A DNA stretch of 64,000 nt, from IMG/VR virus record IMGVR_UViG_3300020036_002522, one strand, 5' to 3'. This document shows, in pieces, positions 54,061-61,005 of this stretch (positions are counted from its first letter, which is position 1; every line of letters starts with the position of its first letter). Origin of the DNA: a virus. The notes under the pieces are model-generated. The model ran no database searches and had not been told where the DNA came from. It saw nothing but the letters and a program-made list of their open reading frames with translations. A program made the position numbers and the translations under genes.

Positions 54061-54110
54061 CGTCCGTGGTGCTATGTTTTTTATAGCAAAAAAATTTATG
54101 AAATTAATAG

Positions 54111-54139
54111 TTGACAAAATTACTATGGATTGGTAATCG
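54111..54139 (+). promoter_or_regulatory. early-arm promoter candidate (TTGACA-17-TGgTAATCG)
   Basis: Perfect -35 TTGACA 54111-54116, 17-bp spacer ending in TGG, weak -10 TAATCG 54134-54139. Confidence 0.3.
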
Positions 54140-54189
54140 TTCTTCTGACACAGTGTTCTATATCGGCGCCGTCGTGGCACATAGCAAGT

Positions 54190-54225
54190 GGGGGTAGGGG
54201 GGTAGTGGGGTCAACCGAGGGAGGG
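54190..54225 (+). other. G-tract cluster (G5, G6, G4, G3, G3) in the leader of the first early gene
   Basis: gggggtaggggggtagtggggtcaaccgagggaggg read directly. Confidence 0.4.
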
Positions 54226-54302
54226 TTGCCGACCCCCATTCCTACAATTGAGGTATCGAAAGACGCTAGGGTGTTACCAAGCATTCGGTATAGGAGGCCA
54301 TC

Positions 54303-54734
54303 ATGGCTGCTAAGACTCTCTCCCCCACAGTTTCCACAACAACACTGGCTCACGTCAACACGTTGGTGCTTGCCGCACTGTCCTACCAAGACGCTGTGCA
54401 AATCGTGCGCAAGGACTACAACGAAGGCAAGCTCTCGAAAAACAATGCCAAAATCGCATTGGCCACGGCATACGTGCATCACAAGAAGTCCTATGCCGAC
54501 CAACGTGATGCTGAGACTGGCAAGGCATTGCGTAGCACAGCCTTGGAGCAGCAGGTTAACCGCATGCTTCGAGACATCACCGCAGACGATGCAGACAAAA
54601 TGTCTGCAAAGGTTGCAGACAAGATCGTGCTGACTGCCGCACAAGTACGCTTACTCAAGGAGCTGGACGCGACCTTCGACACATACGCATCAATGCGTAA
54701 GGGCATCCTGTCATACATCGCAACTGCACAGTAA
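54303..54734 (+). CDS. first early-arm protein (143 aa, hypothetical)
   Basis: TAGGAGG 5 nt before the ATG. Contains palindrome copy 1 plus two half-sites. Confidence 0.65.
   Translation: MAAKTLSPTVSTTTLAHVNTLVLAALSYQDAVQIVRKDYNEGKLSKNNAKIALATAYVHHKKSYADQRDAETGKALRSTALEQQVNRMLRDITADDADKMSAKVADKIVLTAAQVRLLKELDATFDTYASMRKGILSYIATAQ
54590..54608. promoter_or_regulatory. 19-bp palindrome copy 1 (TGCAGACA-AAA-TGTCTGCA)
   Basis: Read directly; inside ORF 54303-54734, where it encodes ADKMSA. Confidence 0.9.
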
Positions 54735-54956
54735 GCGTATATACGTTTATTCAATCACCGTCGGATTCCTGCTACGGAGTTATCTGAGCGCGGGGATTCG
54801 GCGGGTTCAATACCCCTCGTACAGTAGCGGGCGCAACAGAGTAGGCCGGCACAGTAGCGGGCGTACAGGTTTGTGCGCCGCGCGCCACACCAAAGCGTTC
54901 CCATCCTGTAGCCTTGCGAGTCAGGGCTATGTGGTGCGTCGCATGTCGCGAACACT

Positions 54957-54975
54957 TGCAGACAATATGTCTGCA
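54957..54975. promoter_or_regulatory. 19-bp palindrome copy 2 (centre ATA)
   Basis: Read directly; ends 20 nt before ATG 54996. Confidence 0.9.
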
Positions 54976-54995
54976 CAACACGTTAAGGAACTATC

Positions 54996-55295
54996 ATGTC
55001 AAAAGCAAACTACAACTACACCGTCACCCGCGCTGCTCGTATGGCCCTGGCCCTCAAGCGCGAATGGACTCGTGAGCACTTCCACATGGCAGCGCACGAC
55101 CTCGGACAACTGACCACTCATGCAGACATTTTGTCTGCACCTGTCGTTACGGTGGAAACGCTCCCAGACTTCGGCCCGTGGGCACGTGCATGGGTCAACG
55201 GTACAGTAAGCGTACATCCCACCTACGAGGCGATTCGAGTCATCAAGGTGCCCGGAATCCGCACGCGGCGCCTCGTTGAGCATCAGTTCCGCTAA
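54996..55295 (+). CDS. early hypothetical protein (99 aa)
   Basis: AAGGAA RBS; contains palindrome copy 3. Confidence 0.6.
   Translation: MSKANYNYTVTRAARMALALKREWTREHFHMAAHDLGQLTTHADILSAPVVTVETLPDFGPWARAWVNGTVSVHPTYEAIRVIKVPGIRTRRLVEHQFR
55121..55139. promoter_or_regulatory. 19-bp palindrome copy 3 (centre TTT)
   Basis: Read directly; in-ORF, encodes ADILSA. Confidence 0.9.
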
Positions 55296-55432
55296 TAGAA
55301 GGCATTCAAAAGTACATACGCATAAGGTATTCTTATAGCGTATGTACGCTTTCTCGTGGTTTTCATGATTTTCAATGTGCGTATGCCATTACCTTACGCC
55401 GTGCCGCGTTTGAGCGTTGATTTGTATGGCTT

Positions 55433-55500
55433 TTCTCTTTTACTTCTCTTTATTTATCTATATCTAATTAAATTAAGGTAAGAAGGAGAATAAAAGAGAA
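55433..55500. repeat. imperfect ~68-bp AT-rich inverted repeat
   Basis: TTCTCTTTTACTTCTCTT...AAGAAGGAGAATAAAAGAGAA; the outer 10 bp are perfectly complementary. Confidence 0.55.
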
Positions 55501-55651
55501 TACGTACGCTCGCCCTTCTCGCTCTCGGACTTACGTAAAGTCCTTCCCATAGATCAATGCTTGCTCTTTTTTTCTGCGAGGTAATTTATGTGAAGCTCGG
55601 GAGAGCTAGTATCCATGCGGGTTCCGCGAGGAAGGCCTCGGTTTACGTGCA

Positions 55652-55679
55652 TCGAAATCACGGAAATATCACGTATACT
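55652..55679 (+). promoter_or_regulatory. promoter candidate (TCGAAA-16-TATACT) with palindrome copy 4 at about +7 to +25
   Basis: TATACT 55674-55679; TCGAAA 55652-55657. Confidence 0.3.
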
Positions 55680-55685
55680 GTGTGA

Positions 55686-55704
55686 AGCAGACATTTTGTC
55701 TGCA
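55686..55704. promoter_or_regulatory. 19-bp palindrome copy 4 (AGCAGACA-TTT-TGTCTGCA)
   Basis: Read directly; ends 12 nt before ATG 55717, immediately 5' of AAGGAG. Confidence 0.9.
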
Positions 55705-55716
55705 CTAAGGAGTCCT

Positions 55717-56565
55717 ATGAAAGCATCTAAAACCTTCCGGCTGCTCCGTGAGAATGGACTGTCGGTTACAGAGGCAGAACGCTTGACAAAGCAGATTTGC
55801 AAGCAAAACGACGTACGCATTAAGCTGACCGCTGCGCGCGACTGGTCGCGGCTGCTGGAGCCGCTAAACGCTGACATCAAGAACAAGCAGTCCAACATGG
55901 CGCGTTGGCGTAAGGATGCACAGTGGGCGGAGAAGGGGCCGGTATATGAACCGTACCTGACCGTGCTGTTGCGTACCAAGCAAACCATCCAGCAAGCGTA
56001 CACGCTCAATCTGGACAACCTCACCATACCCGAGATCGCCGCTAAGCGGGGGCTGCCGGGCGACGGGCTGCACTGGAGCAACTGGGTGCCGCGAAGAGTG
56101 CACTCCGCATTCATGGAGGCGTTCGACGTACTGTACGCCAAGATCGAGTGTCGCGGTAAGCGTATCGTCCCGTTCAGTGCGTCGATGGAGCAGAGCGCAT
56201 CCGATGTGCGGTGGGACAAGCTCATCGCTTGGCTTGCCAAGGAGCTGTCTGCGCGTACCACGGTCACCATGGAGCACACCGGACGCTACGACGGTGACGC
56301 CATCCTCATAGACACGCTCAACGAAGCGCTAGACGTTGCCTACACTAGGGGCGTGGACGACGTGGCCCCGGTGAATTGGGTGCACTTGCTGCCGCCTGAA
56401 CGGCAGAAAGAACTGGCCGACTGGCGCGCGGCAACGCTCAACGGACTGCGCGACCCCGACAAACTACACGCAGCGACCGAAGCCCTGCACGACGCTACCG
56501 CTGCCCGCGAGAAAGAGCGCACCGAGAAGCGCCGGGCAGCGGCCGGCCGTGCGCACCACTCATAG
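55717..56565 (+). CDS. early hypothetical protein (282 aa)
   Basis: ORF 55615-56565 trimmed to ATG 55717 after CTAAGGAG. Confidence 0.65.
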   Translation: MKASKTFRLLRENGLSVTEAERLTKQICKQNDVRIKLTAARDWSRLLEPLNADIKNKQSNMARWRKDAQWAEKGPVYEPYLTVLLRTKQTIQQAYTLNLDNLTIPEIAAKRGLPGDGLHWSNWVPRRVHSAFMEAFDVLYAKIECRGKRIVPFSASMEQSASDVRWDKLIAWLAKELSARTTVTMEHTGRYDGDAILIDTLNEALDVAYTRGVDDVAPVNWVHLLPPERQKELADWRAATLNGLRDPDKLHAATEALHDATAAREKERTEKRRAAAGRAHHS

Positions 56566-56581
56566 TCCCGCACCGAACACA

Positions 56582-56600
56582 TGCAGACAAAATGTCTGCA
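56582..56600. promoter_or_regulatory. 19-bp palindrome copy 5 (centre AAA)
   Basis: Read directly; intergenic, 53 nt before ATG 56654. Confidence 0.9.
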
Positions 56601-56653
56601 TACCGAACCCCGCCGCCTGTCGGTTACAGGCAAACAACGTAAGGAGTGCCATC

Positions 56654-57001
56654 ATGGCCAAAACAAACACAACACCGCTTCCCGCAGAAGTCACCGACGC
56701 CTGCATCCGGTTTTTCAAACTGGTGGCGACACACAAGCCCGCCATCCTGAACGTACCCGATGCGGAGCCCTTCCTGCGCCTGATCAACAGCATGGATGTG
56801 CTGGACTTCAAGATACCCCTATTGACGCTCGACACCGCGCACGAGTACATCCGGGCCCGTGAGCAGCAGTTCACCGAGCGCGAGAACAAGCTGCGCGAAC
56901 GTGAGGCCGGCATCGTGCTGTGGCAGAAACAGTTGGACGCGGAGTGCAAAGCGATCTCCAAGCAGGTGCTGTCTCTCCCCAAGCTGCGGATGAAGGAGTA
57001 A
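56654..57001 (+). CDS. early hypothetical protein (115 aa, C-terminal coiled coil)
   Basis: ORF 56549-57001 trimmed to ATG 56654 after TAAGGAG. Confidence 0.6.
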   Translation: MAKTNTTPLPAEVTDACIRFFKLVATHKPAILNVPDAEPFLRLINSMDVLDFKIPLLTLDTAHEYIRAREQQFTERENKLREREAGIVLWQKQLDAECKAISKQVLSLPKLRMKE

Positions 57002-57005
57002 CACA

Positions 57006-57209
57006 ATGATCACACTCACGAAACCACAACGCAAAGCGCTCCACAAGGTGTGGCTGCGCACATGTGCCACGCTGCCAGCCCCAGCGTACCAGTCATACCG
57101 GCCCTATCGCGCTTTCCGACGCACGGTGCAGCACGGGCCCGGATGTGTCATGGTGCAGTTTGCCGGGATGTGGCTGGGCATCGAGCCCGACGGCTACACC
57201 CATAGCTGA
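57006..57209 (+). CDS. early hypothetical protein (67 aa)
   Basis: AAGGAG RBS. Confidence 0.55.
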   Translation: MITLTKPQRKALHKVWLRTCATLPAPAYQSYRPYRAFRRTVQHGPGCVMVQFAGMWLGIEPDGYTHS

Positions 57210-57211
57210 CC

Positions 57212-57526
57212 ATGCAAGGCAACGGCAACGGCGACGGCGGCTACGGCGGCTACGGCGGCTACGGCTACGGCTACGGCAACGGCAACGGCGACGGCTACGG
57301 CAACGGCAACGGCTACGGCAACGGCAACGGCTACGGCAACGGCTACGGCAACGGCTACGGCTACGGCAACGGCGACGGCAGCGGCTACGGCGACGGCGAC
57401 GGCAACGGCGGCTACGGCAACGGCAATCCCCCACGCTGCCTCACCTACGACGCACCCGTAGACCCCTTGCCAGCCCTCTTCTTGATAACGTATTTTTTGA
57501 ATCCGCCACTGGTCGGCCACCAGTAA
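57212..57526 (+). CDS. Gly/Tyr/Asn/Asp-rich low-complexity protein, paralog 1 (104 aa)
   Basis: ATG is 2 nt after the upstream stop. Shares the conserved tail NPPRCLTYDAPVDPLPALF with paralog 2, with synonymous divergence in this frame. Confidence 0.65.
   Translation: MQGNGNGDGGYGGYGGYGYGYGNGNGDGYGNGNGYGNGNGYGNGYGNGYGYGNGDGSGYGDGDGNGGYGNGNPPRCLTYDAPVDPLPALFLITYFLNPPLVGHQ
57218..57426 (+). repeat. GGCNAC hexanucleotide array (about 35 units)
   Basis: ggcaac/ggctac/ggcgac/ggcagc units read directly. The array leaves several frames open on both strands. Confidence 0.85.
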
Positions 57527-57541
57527 CTTAGGAGAACCACA

Positions 57542-57802
57542 ATGTCAAAAGTAATAAACCACAACAAACGCATCGTAGTCCTGCAAGCGGGTTGGGTGTT
57601 CATCGGCAACTACCACGCCGCAACCGATACGAAACCCGCGTACATCACCGACGCATACAACATCCGAAAGTGGGGCACAACCACAGGCCTTGGCGAAATC
57701 GCGCTCAACGGACCCACTAAAGACACCGTGCTGGACCCTTGCGGTATCGTCCTGCTTGATACGCCCGCCAACGTCCTGTTTACCATCCCTTGCGAGCAGT
57801 AG
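57542..57802 (+). CDS. early hypothetical protein (86 aa)
   Basis: AGGAGAACCACA-ATG. Confidence 0.6.
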   Translation: MSKVINHNKRIVVLQAGWVFIGNYHAATDTKPAYITDAYNIRKWGTTTGLGEIALNGPTKDTVLDPCGIVLLDTPANVLFTIPCEQ

Positions 57803-58027
57803 ATGCAAGGCGACGGCAACGGCAACGGCAACGGCTACGGCTACGGCTACGGCTACGGCGACGGCGGCTACGGCGGCTACGGCTACGGCGACGGCGACGG
57901 CAGCGGCTACGGCGACGGCAGCGGCAGCGGCAGCTACGGCAGCGGCAATCCCCCACGCTGCCTCACCTACGACGCGCCGGCGGACCCACTCCCTTCCCTT
58001 TTCGTAATTTCAGGAGCACTGACATGA
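57803..58027 (+). CDS. Gly/Tyr/Asp/Ser-rich low-complexity protein, paralog 2 (74 aa)
   Basis: ATG abuts the upstream TAG. Tail NPPRCLTYDAPADPLPSLF. Confidence 0.65.
   Translation: MQGDGNGNGNGYGYGYGYGDGGYGGYGYGDGDGSGYGDGSGSGSYGSGNPPRCLTYDAPADPLPSLFVISGALT
57809..57948 (+). repeat. GGCNAC hexanucleotide array (about 23 units)
   Basis: Read directly. Confidence 0.85.
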
Positions 58028-58221
58028 GCAAAATTTCACCACTCACGAAGCAAGAACAGTTGGCACTCGACCGGGAACGGCTGGCCATATTCGTGCGAGA
58101 GATCAAGCACTACAAAACGCGCTGGGGCCTGCAGCCCGATCGCATCGCTTTCCGAGACGCTTGGAAGGCAACCCAATTGCAGACATTTTGTCTGCATCAA
58201 CCAGAAGGAGTATCGAAATGA
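58024..58221 (+). CDS. early hypothetical protein (65 aa)
   Basis: ATG 58024 overlaps the stop of paralog 2 (ATGA). Its 3' end contains palindrome copy 6. Confidence 0.55.
   Translation: MSKISPLTKQEQLALDRERLAIFVREIKHYKTRWGLQPDRIAFRDAWKATQLQTFCLHQPEGVSK
58178..58196. promoter_or_regulatory. 19-bp palindrome copy 6 (centre TTT)
   Basis: Read directly; ends 21 nt before ATG 58218, 5' of GAAGGAG. Confidence 0.9.
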
Positions 58222-58586
58222 AAGTCAAAGTATCAACCGCGTCCGGCCCCGTGCTGGACAGGATGGTGGCGAAGCTCGTTGGGAAGTCCTATGTTAAGGG
58301 CGATACCGACTATGCGCCTGACGGCCGCATTTATCAGCGCGGCACTGCACAACCAACCGGGCCACACTACTCCACTGACTGGGCACAAGGCGGGCCGATC
58401 ATTGAGCGGGAGGGCATCTGTTTTGCCTCTATTCGAAAGGGCAGAAAGATAGCCGGGTGGCGGGCGGCATATAGAAAGGACGGCGTATTCGGATTCGACA
58501 GTTCTACCACACTGATCGCAGCGTGCAGATGCTTCGTGACATCGAAATTGGGTGATGAAGTCGAGGTGCCTGATGAACTCGCCTAA
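58218..58586 (+). CDS. DUF2591 (NinX)-like protein (122 aa)
   Basis: MKVKVSTASGPVLDRMVAKLVG...HYSTDWAQGGPIIEREGI resembles the LD-x-x-VA ... YS-x-DW-x-x-GGP-I-IE pattern of that family as remembered. Confidence 0.55.
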   Translation: MKVKVSTASGPVLDRMVAKLVGKSYVKGDTDYAPDGRIYQRGTAQPTGPHYSTDWAQGGPIIEREGICFASIRKGRKIAGWRAAYRKDGVFGFDSSTTLIAACRCFVTSKLGDEVEVPDELA

Positions 58587-58884
58587 CCCCACGCAGCCAC
58601 GCACCGCTCATATCGCCAACAACGCGACGCTATTTGTCAACCGCAAGGGCCAGATCACACTGGACCCACGCATCGTGTACCGGGAAGGGGCGCCGGTGAT
58701 CGAGGTACGCACGCGCTACACCCACGGGGTGGCATCGCAGGGGCCCTTCTACTACATCACGACTACCTACCCGTTGACGGTCATACCCACCACACCCAAG
58801 GATCGCAAGGAGTTGCTACGCAACATGGCCACGCTCCACGCTATGACCTTGGGACACCCACACAAACTAAGGGGAAAGCTATGA
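58573..58884 (+). CDS. early hypothetical protein (103 aa)
   Basis: ORF 58552-58884 trimmed to ATG 58573 after GAGGTG. Confidence 0.5.
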   Translation: MNSPNPTQPRTAHIANNATLFVNRKGQITLDPRIVYREGAPVIEVRTRYTHGVASQGPFYYITTTYPLTVIPTTPKDRKELLRNMATLHAMTLGHPHKLRGKL

Positions 58885-59546
58885 CAACCGACGTCGAAGA
58901 AAAGACCGTGTTCAAGTTCACCGAACTAAGCCAACGCGCAAAAGAGAGCGCCATCGGCCGCTACGCCATGCCTGGCTACGACTGGTGGGACGCCACCATC
59001 GACGACTACAAGTCCGACCCGGACGTCAAAGCCAAGGGCTACGACATCGACGAGATTTATTTCTCGGGCTTCAGCTCGCAGGGTGACGGGGCTTGCTGGA
59101 AGGGGCGTGTATTCCTGAAGCCGTGGATCACCACGCATATGGTGGCGCCCGAGGATGCTGTGAAGCGCGAGATACTGCTGGCGCTGATCGAGGAGGGTTG
59201 GATTTCATCGTCTGCCAAGATCACCACGGCGGGGCGGTACAGCCATAGCTACACGATGTCTATAGACGACATCCCGCAGTACACCGAGGACAACGACGGT
59301 GACGGGCTGCTGGCCATAGAGGGGCTGTTCAAAGATGCGCGTGTCGGAGACCTGTTCGACGCCATCGGCGGGCAGGCCGCGATCGACGCACTGGAGGCAG
59401 ACATTTTGTCTGCATGCCGGGAGCTGGCCGACACGATATACAAAGACCTTGAGGACGAGTACGACGGGTACTTTGAAGAGGATGCGTTTGCCGATACCGC
59501 CGCGGTGAACGAATGGGAGTTCGACGAGAACGGCGTTTTAATCTAG
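58881..59546 (+). CDS. acidic early protein (221 aa)
   Basis: ATGA junction. Asp/Glu-rich; ...DWWDATIDDY...IYFSGFSSQGDGACWKG... Contains palindrome copy 7. Confidence 0.65.
   Translation: MTTDVEEKTVFKFTELSQRAKESAIGRYAMPGYDWWDATIDDYKSDPDVKAKGYDIDEIYFSGFSSQGDGACWKGRVFLKPWITTHMVAPEDAVKREILLALIEEGWISSSAKITTAGRYSHSYTMSIDDIPQYTEDNDGDGLLAIEGLFKDARVGDLFDAIGGQAAIDALEADILSACRELADTIYKDLEDEYDGYFEEDAFADTAAVNEWEFDENGVLI
59396..59414. promoter_or_regulatory. 19-bp palindrome copy 7 (GGCAGACA-TTT-TGTCTGCA)
   Basis: Read directly; in-ORF, encodes ADILSA. Confidence 0.9.
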
Positions 59547-59555
59547 GAGAAAAGT

Positions 59556-59747
59556 ATGGACGCTTTTGAAAACGAAGATGACGTGCGCTGCGCTAGGTGC
59601 GGTGCAATACCAGAAGAAATCGTTTGGGACTGCGATTTCGATTATGACGGCAACGACCGTGTGCACGAGTACGGCAAGTACGACTGCCAGTGTGGGCACA
59701 GCGAGAAGTTCCAGACCAACGATCCTTATGCTGGGGACGAAGACTAA
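59556..59747 (+). CDS. small acidic zinc-ribbon protein (63 aa)
   Basis: CARCG...CQCGH; AGGAGA RBS. Confidence 0.55.
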   Translation: MDAFENEDDVRCARCGAIPEEIVWDCDFDYDGNDRVHEYGKYDCQCGHSEKFQTNDPYAGDED

Positions 59748-59764
59748 CTTAAAAGGAGCAACAC

Positions 59765-59992
59765 ATGAATGAAGACCTAAACCCCCTGCAACTGTTGGTT
59801 GCGCAGCACTACGCCAACGGCATATACGCCAGCGTGAAGGACACCAACGACGTGGCGCACGTTGACGAACCCCTGTTCACGCGCTTGATCGCGTCTGCTG
59901 CCGAGTGCAGCGGGCCCTACGATCTGACCGGACAGTTGTACCGCGCCCGCGATGCCATCAGTGCGCTGGCCACCATCTTTGAAACCCTTTAA
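59765..59992 (+). CDS. early hypothetical protein (75 aa)
   Basis: AAAGGAGCAACAC-ATG. Confidence 0.55.
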   Translation: MNEDLNPLQLLVAQHYANGIYASVKDTNDVAHVDEPLFTRLIASAAECSGPYDLTGQLYRARDAISALATIFETL

Positions 59993-60004
59993 GGAGAAAA
60001 CACA

Positions 60005-60898
60005 ATGTTATCAAACACACGCAACCTGCAACGCGCAAACTCATACGAAGACTGCCTTGATCTTTTCGCCAAGATCAGCAAGCCCCGAGGAAGCGGCTGG
60101 AGCGAGAACGAGCGTCCACTGGGCAGCAAGTACCAGCGCCACTACCGCGTCGAGCGCCGCTACAACGGGGACTGGTTCGACGTCATCCTGTACCACACCA
60201 CAATGGCACGCTTCTACAAGCCCGAGGCGGACGGCAGCTACCGGGTGCAGTATTCGTGGGACAGCCGGACAACCAGCAGCCAATTCATGCACCACGTGGT
60301 GCATGTCAATCAGGTGGAGATGTACCGTACCAAAGACGGAGAACGCAAGGTGCCAATCGGCCCGGGTGAACTGAGCACCGACCTGTGGATAACGCCCCTT
60401 GGCACGCTGGATATGGCCCGGAGTCACCACTCACAAGTGTACGTACCCAAGGTAAGCGAGGAGTTCAAGGCGTGGCGCAAGGCGTTTCGAGAGAACCTGT
60501 CCAATATCTGTTTCCTGTTGGAGCAGACGGTGCCGGAGGTGATCGCTACCCACACCCCGGATGCAAATGACGGGCACCCGTTCAGAAGTAGCAAGACAAG
60601 CACGTGGGAGCTGCGCTATTGGGACGGGGAGACGCTGCAGGAGAGCGTTATCGAGCACTTGCGCACCATGTATGCACAGGCAACGCGCAGCCTCATGGAC
60701 AAGCGGGAGTACAAGGCCACGCCCCGCAGGTATTCATGGAGGCAGAAGGAACTGGCGGATTATGTCGATCCTACTCCACAAGAGGTTACACGTAGCGTGC
60801 TGGCCCTGCTGGAGGCGGGTACGTGGGCTCCGAAGCGCCACGACGCAGTACCGCTGCCGATGTTTCCCACGGAGCTGCCAAAGAACTGGACACTCTGA
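60005..60898 (+). CDS. hypothetical protein (297 aa)
   Basis: AAGGAGAAAACACA-ATG. Confidence 0.65.
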   Translation: MLSNTRNLQRANSYEDCLDLFAKISKPRGSGWSENERPLGSKYQRHYRVERRYNGDWFDVILYHTTMARFYKPEADGSYRVQYSWDSRTTSSQFMHHVVHVNQVEMYRTKDGERKVPIGPGELSTDLWITPLGTLDMARSHHSQVYVPKVSEEFKAWRKAFRENLSNICFLLEQTVPEVIATHTPDANDGHPFRSSKTSTWELRYWDGETLQESVIEHLRTMYAQATRSLMDKREYKATPRRYSWRQKELADYVDPTPQEVTRSVLALLEAGTWAPKRHDAVPLPMFPTELPKNWTL

Positions 60899-60924
60899 TT
60901 TTAGGGTGTACACTAACACGACGG

Positions 60925-60943
60925 TGCAGACATAATGTCTGCA
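60925..60943. promoter_or_regulatory. 19-bp palindrome copy 8 (centre TAA)
   Basis: Read directly; intergenic, 62 nt before ATG 61006. Confidence 0.9.
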
Positions 60944-61005
60944 CCTGAAAGCCAAGGGTCAGCCGCCCCTATAACAGCGGTCAAACACAACTTAGAGTAA
61001 ACATT

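Larger units (their letters stand above)
55296..55716. other. 420-bp visibly AT-rich non-coding spacer with inverted repeats
   Basis: No credible ORF. IR GTACATACGC (55312-55321) / GCGTATGTAC (55338-55347). Long imperfect IR at 55433-55500. Confidence 0.6.

Noticed and set aside
54123-54644. 173-aa minus-strand ORF, and the 167-aa + frame 54130-54633
   Set aside because: They overlap the control region and gene 54303-54734, which has the only good RBS. The products are Cys/His-rich and implausible.
54760-54835. tRNA-like T-arm string GGGTTCAATACCC
   Set aside because: Only a 3-bp stem can be drawn and no matching acceptor stem exists upstream, so it is not a tRNA.
54755-55113. ORFs 54755-54976 (-), 54772-54981 (-) and 54871-55113 (+)
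   Set aside because: They are Cys/Arg-rich, lack RBSs, and the last overlaps the well-supported gene 54996-55295. The region is treated as non-coding regulatory DNA.
55312-55347. Intrinsic terminator call for the 10-bp inverted repeat after gene 54996-55295
   Set aside because: The 16-nt loop and an interrupted T-run make it a poor terminator. It is reported only as part of the AT-rich island.
55554-56279. 241-aa minus-strand ORF
   Set aside because: It is antisense to ORF 55717-56565, which has a strong AAGGAG start. The product is Ser/Arg/Cys-rich, and the whole arm is otherwise + strand.
57064-58023. Arg-rich frames (57064-57531; the N-terminal part of 57790-58221) and minus-strand Ala/Val-rich or Arg/Cys-rich frames (57093-57434, 57194-57520) across the GGCNAC arrays
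   Set aside because: They are open only because of the hexamer periodicity and use poor codons (CTA, CAA). The conserved tail diverges synonymously only in the Gly/Tyr frame. The frameshift possibility is kept as a finding, not as genes.
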